Both the position numbers and the translations under genes were made by a program. Positions 1 to 11,996 of a stretch of 64,000 nt of DNA are shown one piece after another. The stretch's first letter is position 1; every line of letters begins with the position of its first letter. The notes under the pieces are model-generated. The model did no database searches, was not told where the DNA came from, and was given only the letters and a program-made list of their open reading frames with translations. This DNA is from Verrucomicrobiia bacterium (GTDB lineage Bacteria; Chloroflexota; Dormibacteria; Aeolococcales; Bog-877). The stretch lies in contig DATKRN010000049.1 in NCBI GenBank assembly GCA_035532155.1, positions 7,102 to 71,101 of the forward strand, in the 5' to 3' direction.

Positions 1-1476
1 GTAGGACTCCTCGGTGCGCAGGGCGTTCTGGATGTCGAGTGCCTGGTCGTAGGGATCGCGCGCCCCCCGGGTCATGCCGCGCGCGATCCGGCGCAGGATC
101 GCCGCCTGGGAGCCGTCCGAGGCCGGCAGGCGGGCATCGCGCCCGACGAACGTGGGATAGCGGGTCCCGGCGCGGCGGAGCTGGGCCGCCGGGGCGGTGG
201 AGATGGTGCCGAGGGTGGTCACCGGCCGGGTGCCCGCCACCCGCGCGAGGCCGCCCTCGGGCTGCACCGCGGTCACCTCGACCAGCCCACCCCGCGCCCG
301 CTGGGCGCGCACCACCAGCGGCGTGGCGGAGGCGGGCAGGTCGGCGGGGACCCCGGGATAGAGCAGGTCGACGAGCTGACCAGGGCCCGTCCCCAGCAGC
401 CGGACGGTGAGCCGGATGGTGCGGCGGTCCCGCAGGCGGGGACCCCTGCGAGCCAGCCGCCCGGCGAGCCTCCGCAGATGCGGGGCGGGGCCGGCGGTAT
501 GGCGCGAGGATCCCCCCGGGTACCAGTCTCCCTGCACGAACCGGTCGAGCACCACCCCGCGCAGGTAGACGGCGCGGCCGGGCGCGGTGGTGGTGTAGGT
601 GAGCAGCGGTGTCTGGATCGAGCGCAGCGGACCGCCGGGGACCACCGACTCCGAGTACCCGACGACATCGGCGGACCGAGCCGGGCCGCGCTGGGAGCCG
701 CTCGGAGCGCCGTACTGGAAGAAGCGGCCGCTGAAGTTGACGAGGTTGAGCGGGGGCAGGGCCACCGCGGCCCCGGTGAGCGCGATCGCGCCCAGGGTCA
801 CGGCCGGTCCGGCACGGCGGCGCCCCCCCGTCAGCATCGTCACCTGCTGCGCCCGCCAGCCGGAGCGGACCCGCTCCGCGTGGCTCCACCCGACCAGGGT
901 CAGCCCGGCCGCCACCGCGCCGCAGACCGGCCAGAAGGCGGCGGCGACGCGTCCGCCGGGGACGTTCACGAGGTCGGCCACCACGACCACGGCGGCAGCC
1001 CCCGCGGCGACCAGCCCGCGCCGGTCGCGCACCGCCCACCATCCCACCCAGCCCCCGACCGCGAGGCAGAGAAGCTCCAGCCCGTACGCCTGCGCCGGGA
1101 CCGGGTGGCCGCCGCCCAGCAGCGCGCCGAGTCCGGCGCCCGAGGCGCCCGGGAGCGCGGGCGCGAGCAGCAGGGCGGCGGCGGTCATCGGCACCAGCGC
1201 CAGGGCAGCGGCGGCCGCGCGCCGGCGCCACGCCGCGGTCGCGGCAACCGCCAGCACGCCGATCGCGGCCGCGAGCCCCGCCCCCGGCCCGTGGCCGCGC
1301 AGCACGGTGCCCGCGAGGCTGGCCGCGACCGCCAGGGCCAGGGCGAGGGCGAGGGCGAGGGTCACCGCCGCCGCGATCCGGTCCGCCCCAGAGGGCCGGC
1401 CGGCCCGGAGGGCGGCGAGCGCCCCGAGCCCGCACAGCCCGATCAGCCCGGCGAGGGCGGCGTCAGCCGACAGCAC
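1..1476 (-). CDS. Transglutaminase-like / DUF3488-type polytopic membrane protein, partial. It runs off the left window edge. It is the third gene of a MoxR-DUF58-TGase triad.
   Basis: I translated the minus-strand frame by hand from the GTG at 1476..1474 down to position 1 and found no stop codon. The frame is missing from the ORF track because no stop lies in the window. The product is VLSADAALAGLIGLCGLGALAALRAG...LALALALALAVAAS...: about six hydrophobic helices, then a soluble domain (YTTTAPGRAVYLRGVVLDRFVQGDW...). The GTG start overlaps the DUF58 stop (GTGCTGTCGGCTGA), a typical operon junction. The position after MoxR and DUF58 matches the known three-gene arrangement. Confidence 0.55.
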   Translation of the reverse strand, partial: MLSADAALAGLIGLCGLGALAALRAGRPSGADRIAAAVTLALALALALAVAASLAGTVLRGHGPGAGLAAAIGVLAVAATAAWRRRAAAAALALVPMTAAALLLAPALPGASGAGLGALLGGGHPVPAQAYGLELLCLAVGGWVGWWAVRDRRGLVAAGAAAVVVVADLVNVPGGRVAAAFWPVCGAVAAGLTLVGWSHAERVRSGWRAQQVTMLTGGRRRAGPAVTLGAIALTGAAVALPPLNLVNFSGRFFQYGAPSGSQRGPARSADVVGYSESVVPGGPLRSIQTPLLTYTTTAPGRAVYLRGVVLDRFVQGDWYPGGSSRHTAGPAPHLRRLAGRLARRGPRLRDRRTIRLTVRLLGTGPGQLVDLLYPGVPADLPASATPLVVRAQRARGGLVEVTAVQPEGGLARVAGTRPVTTLGTISTAPAAQLRRAGTRYPTFVGRDARLPASDGSQAAILRRIARGMTRGARDPYDQALDIQNALRTEESY

Positions 1477-2659
1477 GTGCCCCCGCCTCCCCCACAGTGG
1501 CCAGGTCGTCGCCCCGATGAACCAGCCAGAGGTCCACCACCAGCCGCCACCGTGCCGGGACGCGCAGCGGCTCCCGGGGTCCGCCGAAGGTGGCCGGGTC
1601 GACGTAGATGGCGAGAGGCCGGTCCCCGCTGGCACTGTGGGCCGCGACCGCCTCGACCCAGCGGAGGTCGGGGGCACCCGTGACCACAACCACCGGCCCC
1701 CGGCCCCGCCAGCTGGGCAGGTGGCGAGTGAGCAGGGTGGCGAGGCTGGTGTGTCCGTCGTCCGCGACCAGCGCGAGCCACTCGCGCAGGCGCTGGTCGT
1801 GGGCGGGGCCTGCGCCCGCGGCGACCCGACTGCCGGCACGGTCGTTGGCGACCAGCTCCACCTGGCGTCCCTGGCGGATCGCCAGGTGGACCACCGACGC
1901 GACCAGGCTGACGGCGACCTCGAACGAGGTGTCCGGCAGAGCGCCCGCGTGCACCCCGGCCTCGCAATCGAGCGCCACCAGCAGATCGGTGCCCTGGTCC
2001 GCGTCGAACAGGCGGCTGATCAGGCGGCCCCGGCGGGCCGACTCCAGCCAGTGGATCCGGTTCAGGCCGTCGCCGGGATCGTGCTCGCGCGTGCCCGCGA
2101 CGCTGGGGGGACGATCATGGGGATGAGCGCCGCGGGGAGCGTCGCGTCCAGTGCGGGCCGTACGCGCCCAGAGCGCCCGGATCGGGTGGACCGGCGGATA
2201 CACCAGGACCGGGGTCAGGGTCTCCACCCGCACCAGCTTGGGGAACAGTCCGAACGGATCGGAGAGATGGACCTCCGTCGGTCCCAGCTGGTGACGCCCC
2301 CGCAGCGCGAATCGCCCCGCCGTCTCCCACTCGCGCACGCCTCTGGGGCCGAGGGTCATGGCCCGCCCGGGATGGTAGCCGGGCAGACGCGAGCGATCGC
2401 GAACCTCCACCGCCGCCAGCGGAAGCAGCGAGCGGTTCTCGACCCGGAAGGTCTCGGAGAAGCTGGCCCCGGCCACGAACGGGCCAACGGGGCTGGTTCG
2501 GGTCAGGATGAGGTGGCGCGCGGCCCACCAACTCCAGGCGGCGGCGAGCAGCAGCAGCAGGGCGGTGGCGTAGACCACGACGAAGGCGAGCCGGACGCCG
2601 GTGATGTACGCGAAGAAGCCCGTGACCACGAGGACCGCCAGCACGGGGGTGCGAGACAT
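1463..2659 (-). CDS. DUF58 domain protein, the vWA-like partner of a MoxR ATPase
   Basis: 398-aa ORF with an N-terminal TM segment and a DUF58-type core (REHDPGDGLNRIHWLESARRGRLISRLFDAD...LLVALD). It lies immediately downstream of a MoxR-type ATPase. Confidence 0.8.
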   Translation of the reverse strand: MSRTPVLAVLVVTGFFAYITGVRLAFVVVYATALLLLLAAAWSWWAARHLILTRTSPVGPFVAGASFSETFRVENRSLLPLAAVEVRDRSRLPGYHPGRAMTLGPRGVREWETAGRFALRGRHQLGPTEVHLSDPFGLFPKLVRVETLTPVLVYPPVHPIRALWARTARTGRDAPRGAHPHDRPPSVAGTREHDPGDGLNRIHWLESARRGRLISRLFDADQGTDLLVALDCEAGVHAGALPDTSFEVAVSLVASVVHLAIRQGRQVELVANDRAGSRVAAGAGPAHDQRLREWLALVADDGHTSLATLLTRHLPSWRGRGPVVVVTGAPDLRWVEAVAAHSASGDRPLAIYVDPATFGGPREPLRVPARWRLVVDLWLVHRGDDLATVGEAGARAVG

Positions 2660-2683
2660 GCAGGGGCCTTCTGCCGGTTGCGG

Positions 2684-3655
<972 letters not shown>

Positions 3656-3740
3656 CGGACCCCGGGCACGGGGCGGGTCGGCCCTCGCCCTGGCTGCACG
3701 CGCCGAGTATACGGGGGGCCCACTGGCGGGGCGGACCGGG

Positions 3741-4052
3741 TCAGAGGCGCTCGACGCGATCGAGGCCAAGGACGAACAAGGTGGCGCGGCCAACCTCCAC
3801 CTCCACCGCGGCGGGCGCCGCCTCCGTCGGCGGCGACGGCTCGGGGACGCTCTCATGGCGAGAGCGTCCCGCGCTGCGCACGGTGGCGACCACGGCGTCG
3901 ACCTCGAGGTCGTCCACCGCGATCAGCAGGACCACGTTGCGCTGCTGCAGGAATCCGCCCTCGCTGGCGAGCTTGGTGACCCCGAATCCGCGCGCGGCGA
4001 GCGTCTCGACCGCACGCACCGCGTCGTGCTCGTGCACCACCGCGAGCACCAT
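3741..4052 (-). CDS. darA: DarA / YaaQ-like PII-fold cyclic-di-AMP receptor protein (DUF970)
   Basis: MVLAVVHEHDAVRAVETLAARGFGVTKLASEGGFLQQRNVVLLIAVDD...VEVEVGRATLFVLGLD aligns closely with B. subtilis DarA (MKLIVAVVQDQD...[26 protein letters not shown]...VEVEVGGATVFVL). It sits directly downstream of tmk, as in Bacillus. The start was moved to the internal Met at 4052. Confidence 0.75.
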   Translation of the reverse strand: MVLAVVHEHDAVRAVETLAARGFGVTKLASEGGFLQQRNVVLLIAVDDLEVDAVVATVRSAGRSRHESVPEPSPPTEAAPAAVEVEVGRATLFVLGLDRVERL

Positions 4053-4054
4053 CT

Positions 4055-4705
4055 TCACGGCGCCATCGCCGGGGCCAGTCGACAGCTGACCAGCTCGACA
4101 CACCGCCGCGCCACCAGCTCCGGGGCTCGGTCGGCATCGACCACGACCACCCGCTCGGGGAACCGGCGGGCCAGCTCCCAAAATCCCTCCCGCAGCACAC
4201 TCTCGCGTCCGGCGAGCGCCTGCTCGATCCGGTCCAGGGGCAACCCCTGGCCGAGACGCTCGGCGGCGCGGCGCTGGGGCAGGTCGAGCAGAATGGTGAG
4301 ATCGGGGAGGCGGTCGGCCCCGCAGAGGCGGTGGAGGCCGAGGATCAGCTCGGGGTCGATCCCGCGCGCCAGGCCCTGGTAGACGAGGGACGAGTCCAGG
4401 TAGCGGTCCGCCACCACCACTGCGCCCCGGGCCAGCGCGGGAGCGATCACCTCCATGAGCAGCTGGACCCGGGCAGCGAGAAACAGCGCCGCCTCCGCCA
4501 GCGGCGTCGGCGCGGTTCCCAGCGGGGTCTCCAGCAGGACTGTGCGGATCAGCTCGCCGAGCTCAGTGCCACCGGGCTCTCGGATCGAGACGACATCACG
4601 GTGCACACTGCGCAGGGCGGCCGTCAGGCTGGCGGCCTGGGTGCTCTTGCCGGCGCCGTCGAGCCCCTCCAGGCTGACGAAGAAGCCGGGGCGGGGGGGG
4701 CTCAC
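4055..4705 (-). CDS. tmk: Thymidylate kinase
   Basis: FVSLEGLDGAGKSTQ P-loop, DRY motif (VVADRYLDSSLVYQG) and lid region. 216 aa. Confidence 0.85.
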   Translation of the reverse strand: MSPPRPGFFVSLEGLDGAGKSTQAASLTAALRSVHRDVVSIREPGGTELGELIRTVLLETPLGTAPTPLAEAALFLAARVQLLMEVIAPALARGAVVVADRYLDSSLVYQGLARGIDPELILGLHRLCGADRLPDLTILLDLPQRRAAERLGQGLPLDRIEQALAGRESVLREGFWELARRFPERVVVVDADRAPELVARRCVELVSCRLAPAMAP

Positions 4706-5204
4706 GCGGGCGATTGGGGAGGGCGGGGCACGGTCCGGCCATCATCGGGGATTGGGGCGAGCGGACGCCGATCAGCGCCCGCCGCACACGCGCACAACGG
4801 ACCACCTCGCCATGGGGTCAAAGGCGCCACCTCAGGATCGCCGCCGACTGGCGGGGGAGGGCCGTGCCGGCTGCGGGCGGGAGTCGAGCGGCGAGCCCCC
4901 CGGGGCTGACGCCGACCCCACCGTCGGCCGGCCCGGCGCGCTCCGGCGGAGGGCGGCGGCTGGCTCGGAGACGGCGAGCTCCTGGGCACCGCTCCGGCCG
5001 CCACCGCGAGCCCCGATCGGACGCCGGTCGGGTCCCGTCGGTGCCCGCCCCACAGCTGGACGCGGTCCGGTTCAGCCGGTCCGCCTGGGCGGCGGATGGA
5101 GCGGCAGGCCGTCCCGCCGCCCCCGCGGGACGAGCCCCACCCCGCACCACGCCGATTGCCCGGAGGCGGGAAGGGCGGCCGGGCGCACCTGCGACCGTGC
5201 CCGG

Positions 5205-5957
5205 CTACAGCACCTTGGAGAGAAACTCGCGGGTGCGTGCCTGGGCAGCCGCGGCGAACATCTGGCGGGGAGGTCCCTCCTCCACGATCTGGCCGTTGTC
5301 CATCATCACCAGCCGGTCGGCGACCTCGGCGGCGAACCCCATTTCATGGGTAACCACGATCATGGTCATCCCTCCGGTGGCCAGCTCGCGCATCACCGCC
5401 AGCACCTCTCCCACCATCTCGGGATCGAGGGCGCTGGTCGCCTCATCGAAGAGCATCACGCTCGGCCTCATGGCGAGCGCGCGCGCGATCGCCACCCGCT
5501 GCTGCTGGCCCCCCGAGAGCTGCAGGGGTCGCGCCTCCAGCTTGTCGGCGAGGCCCACCCGCTCGAGGAGCGCAGCCGCCTCGTCCAGGCTCCGCTGGCG
5601 GGGCATCCGCTTGACCCGCAGGGGTCCGCACGCCACGTTCATCAGCGCGGTCATGTGGGGGAACAGGTTGAAGCTTTGGAACACGAATCCGATCTCGGCC
5701 CGGCGCTCGGCGATCTGGCGGCGCGAGGCCTCTCGGAGACGGCCGTCGGCGCGCTCGCGGTAGCCGATCAGCTGACCGTTGACACAGATCCGGCCGCTGT
5801 CGACCTTCTCAAGATGATTGATGCAGCGCAGGAAGGTTGTCTTGCCGGATCCGGAGGGTCCGATGATCACGACCACCTCGCCGCGAGCCACCTCGAGGGA
5901 CACCCCCCGGAGAACCTCCAGCGCCCCGAACCGCTTGACGACAGCGGTGGCGGCCAC
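5205..5957 (-). CDS. Polar amino-acid ABC transporter, ATP-binding protein
   Basis: [15 protein letters not shown] (Walker A), [17 protein letters not shown] (signature), [11 protein letters not shown] (Walker B), H-loop VTHEM. The start was set at the GTG at 5957 ([15 protein letters not shown]). The ORF-track extension to 6167 is a low-complexity read-through into the permease gene. Confidence 0.85.
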   Translation of the reverse strand: MAATAVVKRFGALEVLRGVSLEVARGEVVVIIGPSGSGKTTFLRCINHLEKVDSGRICVNGQLIGYRERADGRLREASRRQIAERRAEIGFVFQSFNLFPHMTALMNVACGPLRVKRMPRQRSLDEAAALLERVGLADKLEARPLQLSGGQQQRVAIARALAMRPSVMLFDEATSALDPEMVGEVLAVMRELATGGMTMIVVTHEMGFAAEVADRLVMMDNGQIVEEGPPRQMFAAAAQARTREFLSKVL

Positions 5958-6031
5958 CGCCGCCGCTGCGCCGGGTCGCGTCGGCGACCCGGGCGCCCCC
6001 GCGGACGCCCCTTTCTCCTCCCCCTCCGGGC

Positions 6032-6868
6032 TCACGCCGAATCCCGCACGCGCCCGCCCGCGGGACGCCAGCCGGTGCCGAGCAGCCGCTGGCGGAAGGT
6101 CGGCGGCCGCGGTATCCCCAGCTGGCTCTGAAGCCGAGCCTCGATGGTCGACTGGACCAGCGTCCACACCGTGGTGAGGAAGAGGTAGTAGAGCGCGGCG
6201 ACACTGTAGATCTCGAATGTGCGAAAGGTCAGCGAGTTGATCTCTTCGGCGTTGAGGAAGAGCTCGGAGACCCCGATCGTGGCAAGCAGAGACGTGCTCT
6301 TCATCATGGCGTTGAAGTCGTTGCCGAGCGGGGGCACGATCAGGCGCACCGCTTGGGGCAGCACGATCCGACGCATCACCTGACCCGGCGTCATGCCCAG
6401 GGACAGCCCCGCCTCCGACTGTCCCACCCCCACCGAGGCGATCCCGGCGCGGATGATCTCCGCCATGTACGCCGCCTCGTTGAGGGCCAGGGTCACGATG
6501 CCGGCCTGGACCACCCCCTGGATGTCGATTCCAAGCACGGTGACGTCGCTGAAGGAGAAGAGTCGCATCGCGGAGAAGCCGTCATAGACGATGACCAGCT
6601 GGACCAGCAGGGGCGTTCCCCGCACGACCCAGATGTAGAGGCTGACGAACACGCGCACCGGCCAGAGCCGCGAGCGCCGGCCGAGCGCGAGCAGGAGCCC
6701 CACCACAATCGCGAGGGCCATGGCGATGATGGAGATGTAGATGGTGGTGGCGAACCCCAGGAGGAACGAGGAGTTGGGCCGAACCAGGGCATGCCAGAAG
6801 AAGGCCCAGTCGAAATTGAGCCCGGCCGGGTTGCTCCCGGCCACGCTGAGGAGCGGGGTTGCCACCAT
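6032..6868 (-). CDS. Polar amino-acid ABC transporter permease (His/Glu/Gln/Arg/opine family)
   Basis: 278-aa polytopic protein with an EAA-like loop ([45 protein letters not shown]). It is immediately upstream of the ABC ATPase. Confidence 0.8.
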   Translation of the reverse strand: MVATPLLSVAGSNPAGLNFDWAFFWHALVRPNSSFLLGFATTIYISIIAMALAIVVGLLLALGRRSRLWPVRVFVSLYIWVVRGTPLLVQLVIVYDGFSAMRLFSFSDVTVLGIDIQGVVQAGIVTLALNEAAYMAEIIRAGIASVGVGQSEAGLSLGMTPGQVMRRIVLPQAVRLIVPPLGNDFNAMMKSTSLLATIGVSELFLNAEEINSLTFRTFEIYSVAALYYLFLTTVWTLVQSTIEARLQSQLGIPRPPTFRQRLLGTGWRPAGGRVRDSA

Positions 6869-6938
6869 CCATCCCCATGAGCGGCGGTGTGCCGGTCAAC
6901 CTCGCCGAGGAGGTCGACCGGCACCCGACTGGCCCGCC

Positions 6939-7847
6939 TCAGGCGGTTCCCGACACGCCGTACTGGAGCTCGTCGAAGTGCAGCCCCCACCGCGACATGA
7001 TGACGTTGTAACGGCCGCTGTGCTTGAGGGCGTCGAAGGCCGCGGTCATCGCATGCAGCAGCACAGGATCGCCCTTGCGCATCGCAATCCCGGTGAGGAT
7101 GCGGCCGAAGGGATGCCCCGCGAACTCGTACGTGCCGGCGGCCTTGCCCATGTAGTAGGCGGCCGTCTCCGTCGTGGTGGCGTAAGCCTGGGCCCGGCCC
7201 AGGGCCAGCTGCTCGAGCGCTTGGATGTCGTCCTGGTAGAGCAGGGGCCGGATCGGCTGCTTGCCGGCCTGGGTGCAGCTGGCGCTCTGGGTGGTGATGT
7301 CGAGACCGGCGGTGGTGCCAATCGTGGTCGCCACGGTCTTGCCACACAGGGAATCGTTAAGGCCGGTGATGTGGTCGGGATTGCCGTGCTTGACCACGAT
7401 CGATTCACCCGAATACATGTACGGGAGGAAGTTGACCACCCGCTCGCGCGCCGGCTTGATGAAGAGCTGCGAGATGATGACGTCGCAGTGCCCGGCAAGC
7501 AGAGCCGGGATAATCCCGCTGAACTGAGTTTCCAGCCAGATCGCCTTGAGCTTCAGCCGACCAGCGATGGCATTGCCAATCTGCACGTCGGATCCGGTGG
7601 GGACGTGGCCAGCGCTGTAGTACTCGAGCGGGGGGGAGACGATGTCGGAGCAGATCCGCAGCTGCCCGGCCACGCCGATGGCGGGCGGTGAGATCCGGGA
7701 GCCGGTGTTGGGGTGGACCAGATTGCCCGCGGTGACGGCAGAGGCCCCACCCACTGCGGCCACGAGCACCGCCGCAGCGGCGACCAGCGGGCGGGCGAGT
7801 CGGTACGGCAATCTCACAGTAGACCTCCCCTTCCTACACGAGTGCAA
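6939..7847 (-). CDS. ABC transporter periplasmic/extracellular amino-acid-binding protein (SBP family 3)
   Basis: Signal-peptide-like N-terminus (LARPLVAAAAVLVAAVGGASA), then a family-3 solute-binding-protein fold. It is the first gene of a three-gene ABC operon. The exact start is uncertain. Confidence 0.7.
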   Translation of the reverse strand: MHSCRKGRSTVRLPYRLARPLVAAAAVLVAAVGGASAVTAGNLVHPNTGSRISPPAIGVAGQLRICSDIVSPPLEYYSAGHVPTGSDVQIGNAIAGRLKLKAIWLETQFSGIIPALLAGHCDVIISQLFIKPARERVVNFLPYMYSGESIVVKHGNPDHITGLNDSLCGKTVATTIGTTAGLDITTQSASCTQAGKQPIRPLLYQDDIQALEQLALGRAQAYATTTETAAYYMGKAAGTYEFAGHPFGRILTGIAMRKGDPVLLHAMTAAFDALKHSGRYNVIMSRWGLHFDELQYGVSGTA

Positions 7848-7885
7848 GCTTCACCGAACGGTAGGCCGGCGATGCCGCGCTGTCA

Positions 7886-7903
7886 AGGGCGCGCCGCCCC
7901 TCA
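7886..7903. repeat. Left copy of the 18-bp direct repeat (putative target-site duplication) flanking the IS
   Basis: AGGGCGCGCCGCCCCTCA is identical at 7886..7903 and 9301..9318. Confidence 0.7.
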
Positions 7904-9300
7904 TGTTGGAGTTCAGCGATTCTGTCCGGTCATGAAGGACAGGATCACCTTGAGCTTGGGTGACCGGAGGCGAGCACTGGAGCTGAATCAGGTGGAGGCT
8001 GGAGTGTTCCGTCCGGAGCAGGCGGCTCTGCGGCTGGGAGTGGGCTCGCGCCAGCTCCAACGACTTCGGGACCGGTACCGCAAAGAGGGTGCCGAGGCCC
8101 TGGTGCACGGCTATCGAGGGCAGCGTCCTGTGAACGCGGTGGATTGCGGAGTGGCACGCAGGGTGGTGGAACGGGCCACCGGCCCCTACGTGGGCTTCAA
8201 TCAGCAGCACCTGACCGGAGATGCTCGCTGAGCGCGAAGGGATGTTCCTCTGCCGGCCCACAGGGCACCGACTGCTCCGCCAGGCCGGGGTGGCCACCCC
8301 GAGGACCAGGCGGTCAGCCCGGGCCCACCACCGTCGAGACCGGATGGCCCAGGAAGGGACCCGGCTCCAGGTCGACGGCAGTCGCCACGATTGGGTGGAG
8401 GGCCGCGGTCCGTACATGACCCGGGTGGGCGGAATCGATGATGCCACCGGGCAGGTCCCCGCAGCGACCTTCCGGGAGCAGGAAGACGCCCAAGCGTACG
8501 TCCTGATGCTGCGCCAGGTCGTGGTGCGCAAGGGCGTGCCCCTGGCCATGTACTCCGATCGACACGGCATCTTCGTGAAGACCCGCAAACAGGAGCCCGG
8601 CCGGGAGGAGCGTCTGGCCGGCCGACGCCAGCCGACTCCGATGGGGCGCCTCCTTGACGAGCTCGAGGCGGAGCTCATCCTGGCCCGCTCCCCTCAGGCC
8701 ACGGGCCGCATCGAGCGTCTCTGGGGTACCCTCCAGGACCGCCTCTGCAGTGAGTGGCGCCTTCAGGGCGTGGCCACCCTGGATGCGGCCAACGTGCTCC
8801 TCGCCAAACACCTCGTCCGCCACCACCGCCGCTTCGCCCTTCCCGCCCAGGACCCATCACCCGCCTGGCGGCCGCGACCCCGGGACCCAGACGCCCTCTT
8901 CTGCTTCACGTTCCACCGGGTCGTGGCCCTCGACCACACCGTGAGGTTCGGCTCTCAGGTGATCGACATCCCCAGGCTCGGGCCCAGGACCCAGGCCCGG
9001 GCCCGGCTCCTGGGTCCAGCAGCACTTCGACGGCACCCTAGGCGCCTTCCACGAGGGCCGCTGCCTGGCCACCTGCGCCCAGGACAGCCTGCCGCCCGGG
9101 CCCCCTGCGCCTGGGAACTCTCCCCAAGCCGGAACCGCCACTCCCAGGCCGCCTCATGCCCCCCAAGCCCACCCATTCACCCGACCAGCCGTAGGGGTCT
9201 CTGGAAGCCACCTCTGATCCACCCTGGGCGGTCACCGCTCCCACGACCCCCATGACAAAGTCGCTGAACTGGTGGGCGGACAGAGTCCTTGAACCACTAC
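7904..9300 (+). mobile_element. 1397-bp insertion sequence (ISNCY/IS1202-like or IS481-like, rve/DDE integrase type), flanked by an 18-bp direct duplication
   Basis: Imperfect terminal inverted repeats: TGTTGGAGTTCAGCGATTCTGTCC at 7904..7927 and GGACAGAGTCCTTGAACCACTAC at 9278..9300 (reverse complement GTAGTGGTTCAAGGACTCTGTCC). Perfect 18-bp direct repeats AGGGCGCGCCGCCCCTCA lie immediately outside (7886..7903 and 9301..9318). An internal transposase gene is present. Confidence 0.65.
7932..9255 (+). pseudogene. IS transposase (HTH N-terminus plus rve/DDE integrase core), split by a frameshift near 8225
   Basis: ORF A (from the ATG at 7932) is MKDRITLSLGDRRRALELNQVEAGVFRPEQAALRLGVGSRQLQRLRDRYRKEGAEALVHGYRGQRPVNAVD, an HTH domain. 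It stops at 8231. ORF B (8221..9255, a different frame) carries the integrase core: LQVDGSRHDW...GIDDATGQ...AMYSDRHGIF...ATGRIERLWGTLQDRL. Together they give about 440 aa if one frameshift is repaired. This is either a programmed frameshift or an inactivated copy. Confidence 0.6.
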
Positions 9301-9318
9301 AGGGCGCGCCGCCCCTCA
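9301..9318. repeat. Right copy of the 18-bp direct repeat flanking the IS
   Basis: AGGGCGCGCCGCCCCTCA is identical to 7886..7903. Confidence 0.7.
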
Positions 9319-9544
9319 GCAGCAGACTCCGCGCGACGCGACCGGTCCCTCGCGACGGCATCGCACCGAGCGCCGGCGGTCGTCCTCCGCTGAGCAGGGG
9401 TCGCAACCGATGCGGAGCGGCTCCAGCCCGCCCTGTTTGATCGGGTGCCGACCCAGAGCGCCACGGTCGAGACCGGGCGCGGAGCCGGCCCCCGCCAGGG
9501 CGCCCCGACCGTGCCCCGGGCGGTGCCATACTCCCCCCGCGGAC

Positions 9545-9950
9545 GCGGGCGCCACCGTCACCTTGGTGCGCGAGCTGTGGGGGGCGTTCGCGCGCCGCGA
9601 TCTGGCCACGGTGGAGGGCCGCCTGGCCGCCGACGCGCGCTGGCGGGCGGTCGAGGACGGCCCCTGGAACTGCCAGGGCAGGGAGGCCATCCTCGACGTG
9701 CTGTGACGGCAGGGGGCCCACGGTCCCTACGGGCAGCTGGAGACGGCGCTGGAGGTCGGGGGCGCGGTGGTTGGTGGGCTTCCGCCCGGATCCCGCCCGC
9801 GACCCCCCGTTCGCGCTGGAGGACGGGGTGCGCTACCTGGTCATCACGCTCGCCGAGGGTCGAGTCGTGGAGTTGAAGGGCTGCGCCACGCGCGCCGCTG
9901 CGCTCGCCTACGCCGGCCGTGAGGGACACCCGCCCGGGTCGGTCTGACCC
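9545..9950 (+). pseudogene. SnoaL-like / NTF2-fold small protein, apparently disrupted by an in-frame TGA at 9704 and a frameshift near 9790
   Basis: The N-terminal part TVTLVRELWGAFARRDLATVEGRLAADARWRAVEDGPWNCQGREAILDVL ends at TGA 9704..9706. The same frame continues GPYGQLETALEVGGAVV. The conserved C-terminal half is then found in another frame: FALEDGVRYLVITLAEGRVVELKGCATRAAALAYAG. Confidence 0.35.
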
Positions 9951-10150
9951 GGGGTCGACGGGGCGCCGTCAGGACCGCGGTCGGCCCGACCGCCGGGGCT
10001 GGTGCGCGCGGGCGCGCCGCCGGGTCGCCCTCCGCCGCGGGCCCCGGGAGAGGGGTGACTCCGCCCGATCGACGGGCGCGACCGCGCGGGAGGACCGACG
10101 CGGCCGGCGGCGGCCCGAGGGTCCCCCGGCCGGCTGGGTGGCGCCGCTGC

Positions 10151-11881
<1,731 letters not shown>

Positions 11882-11996
11882 CTCGCTCAGTGACGGACCT
11901 CCCGGGACGGTGCCGTCATGCCCCCGTCCCGGCGGCGGCGACCGATGGACGCGGTCCGGCGCACCGTCTGCCCAGCACGAATTGAGTGTACCGCGC

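Noticed and set aside
1330-1360. GGGCGA x3 microrepeat
   Set aside because: It simply encodes an (Ala-Leu)n stretch within a TM helix of the transglutaminase-like membrane protein. Too short to be a meaningful repeat element.
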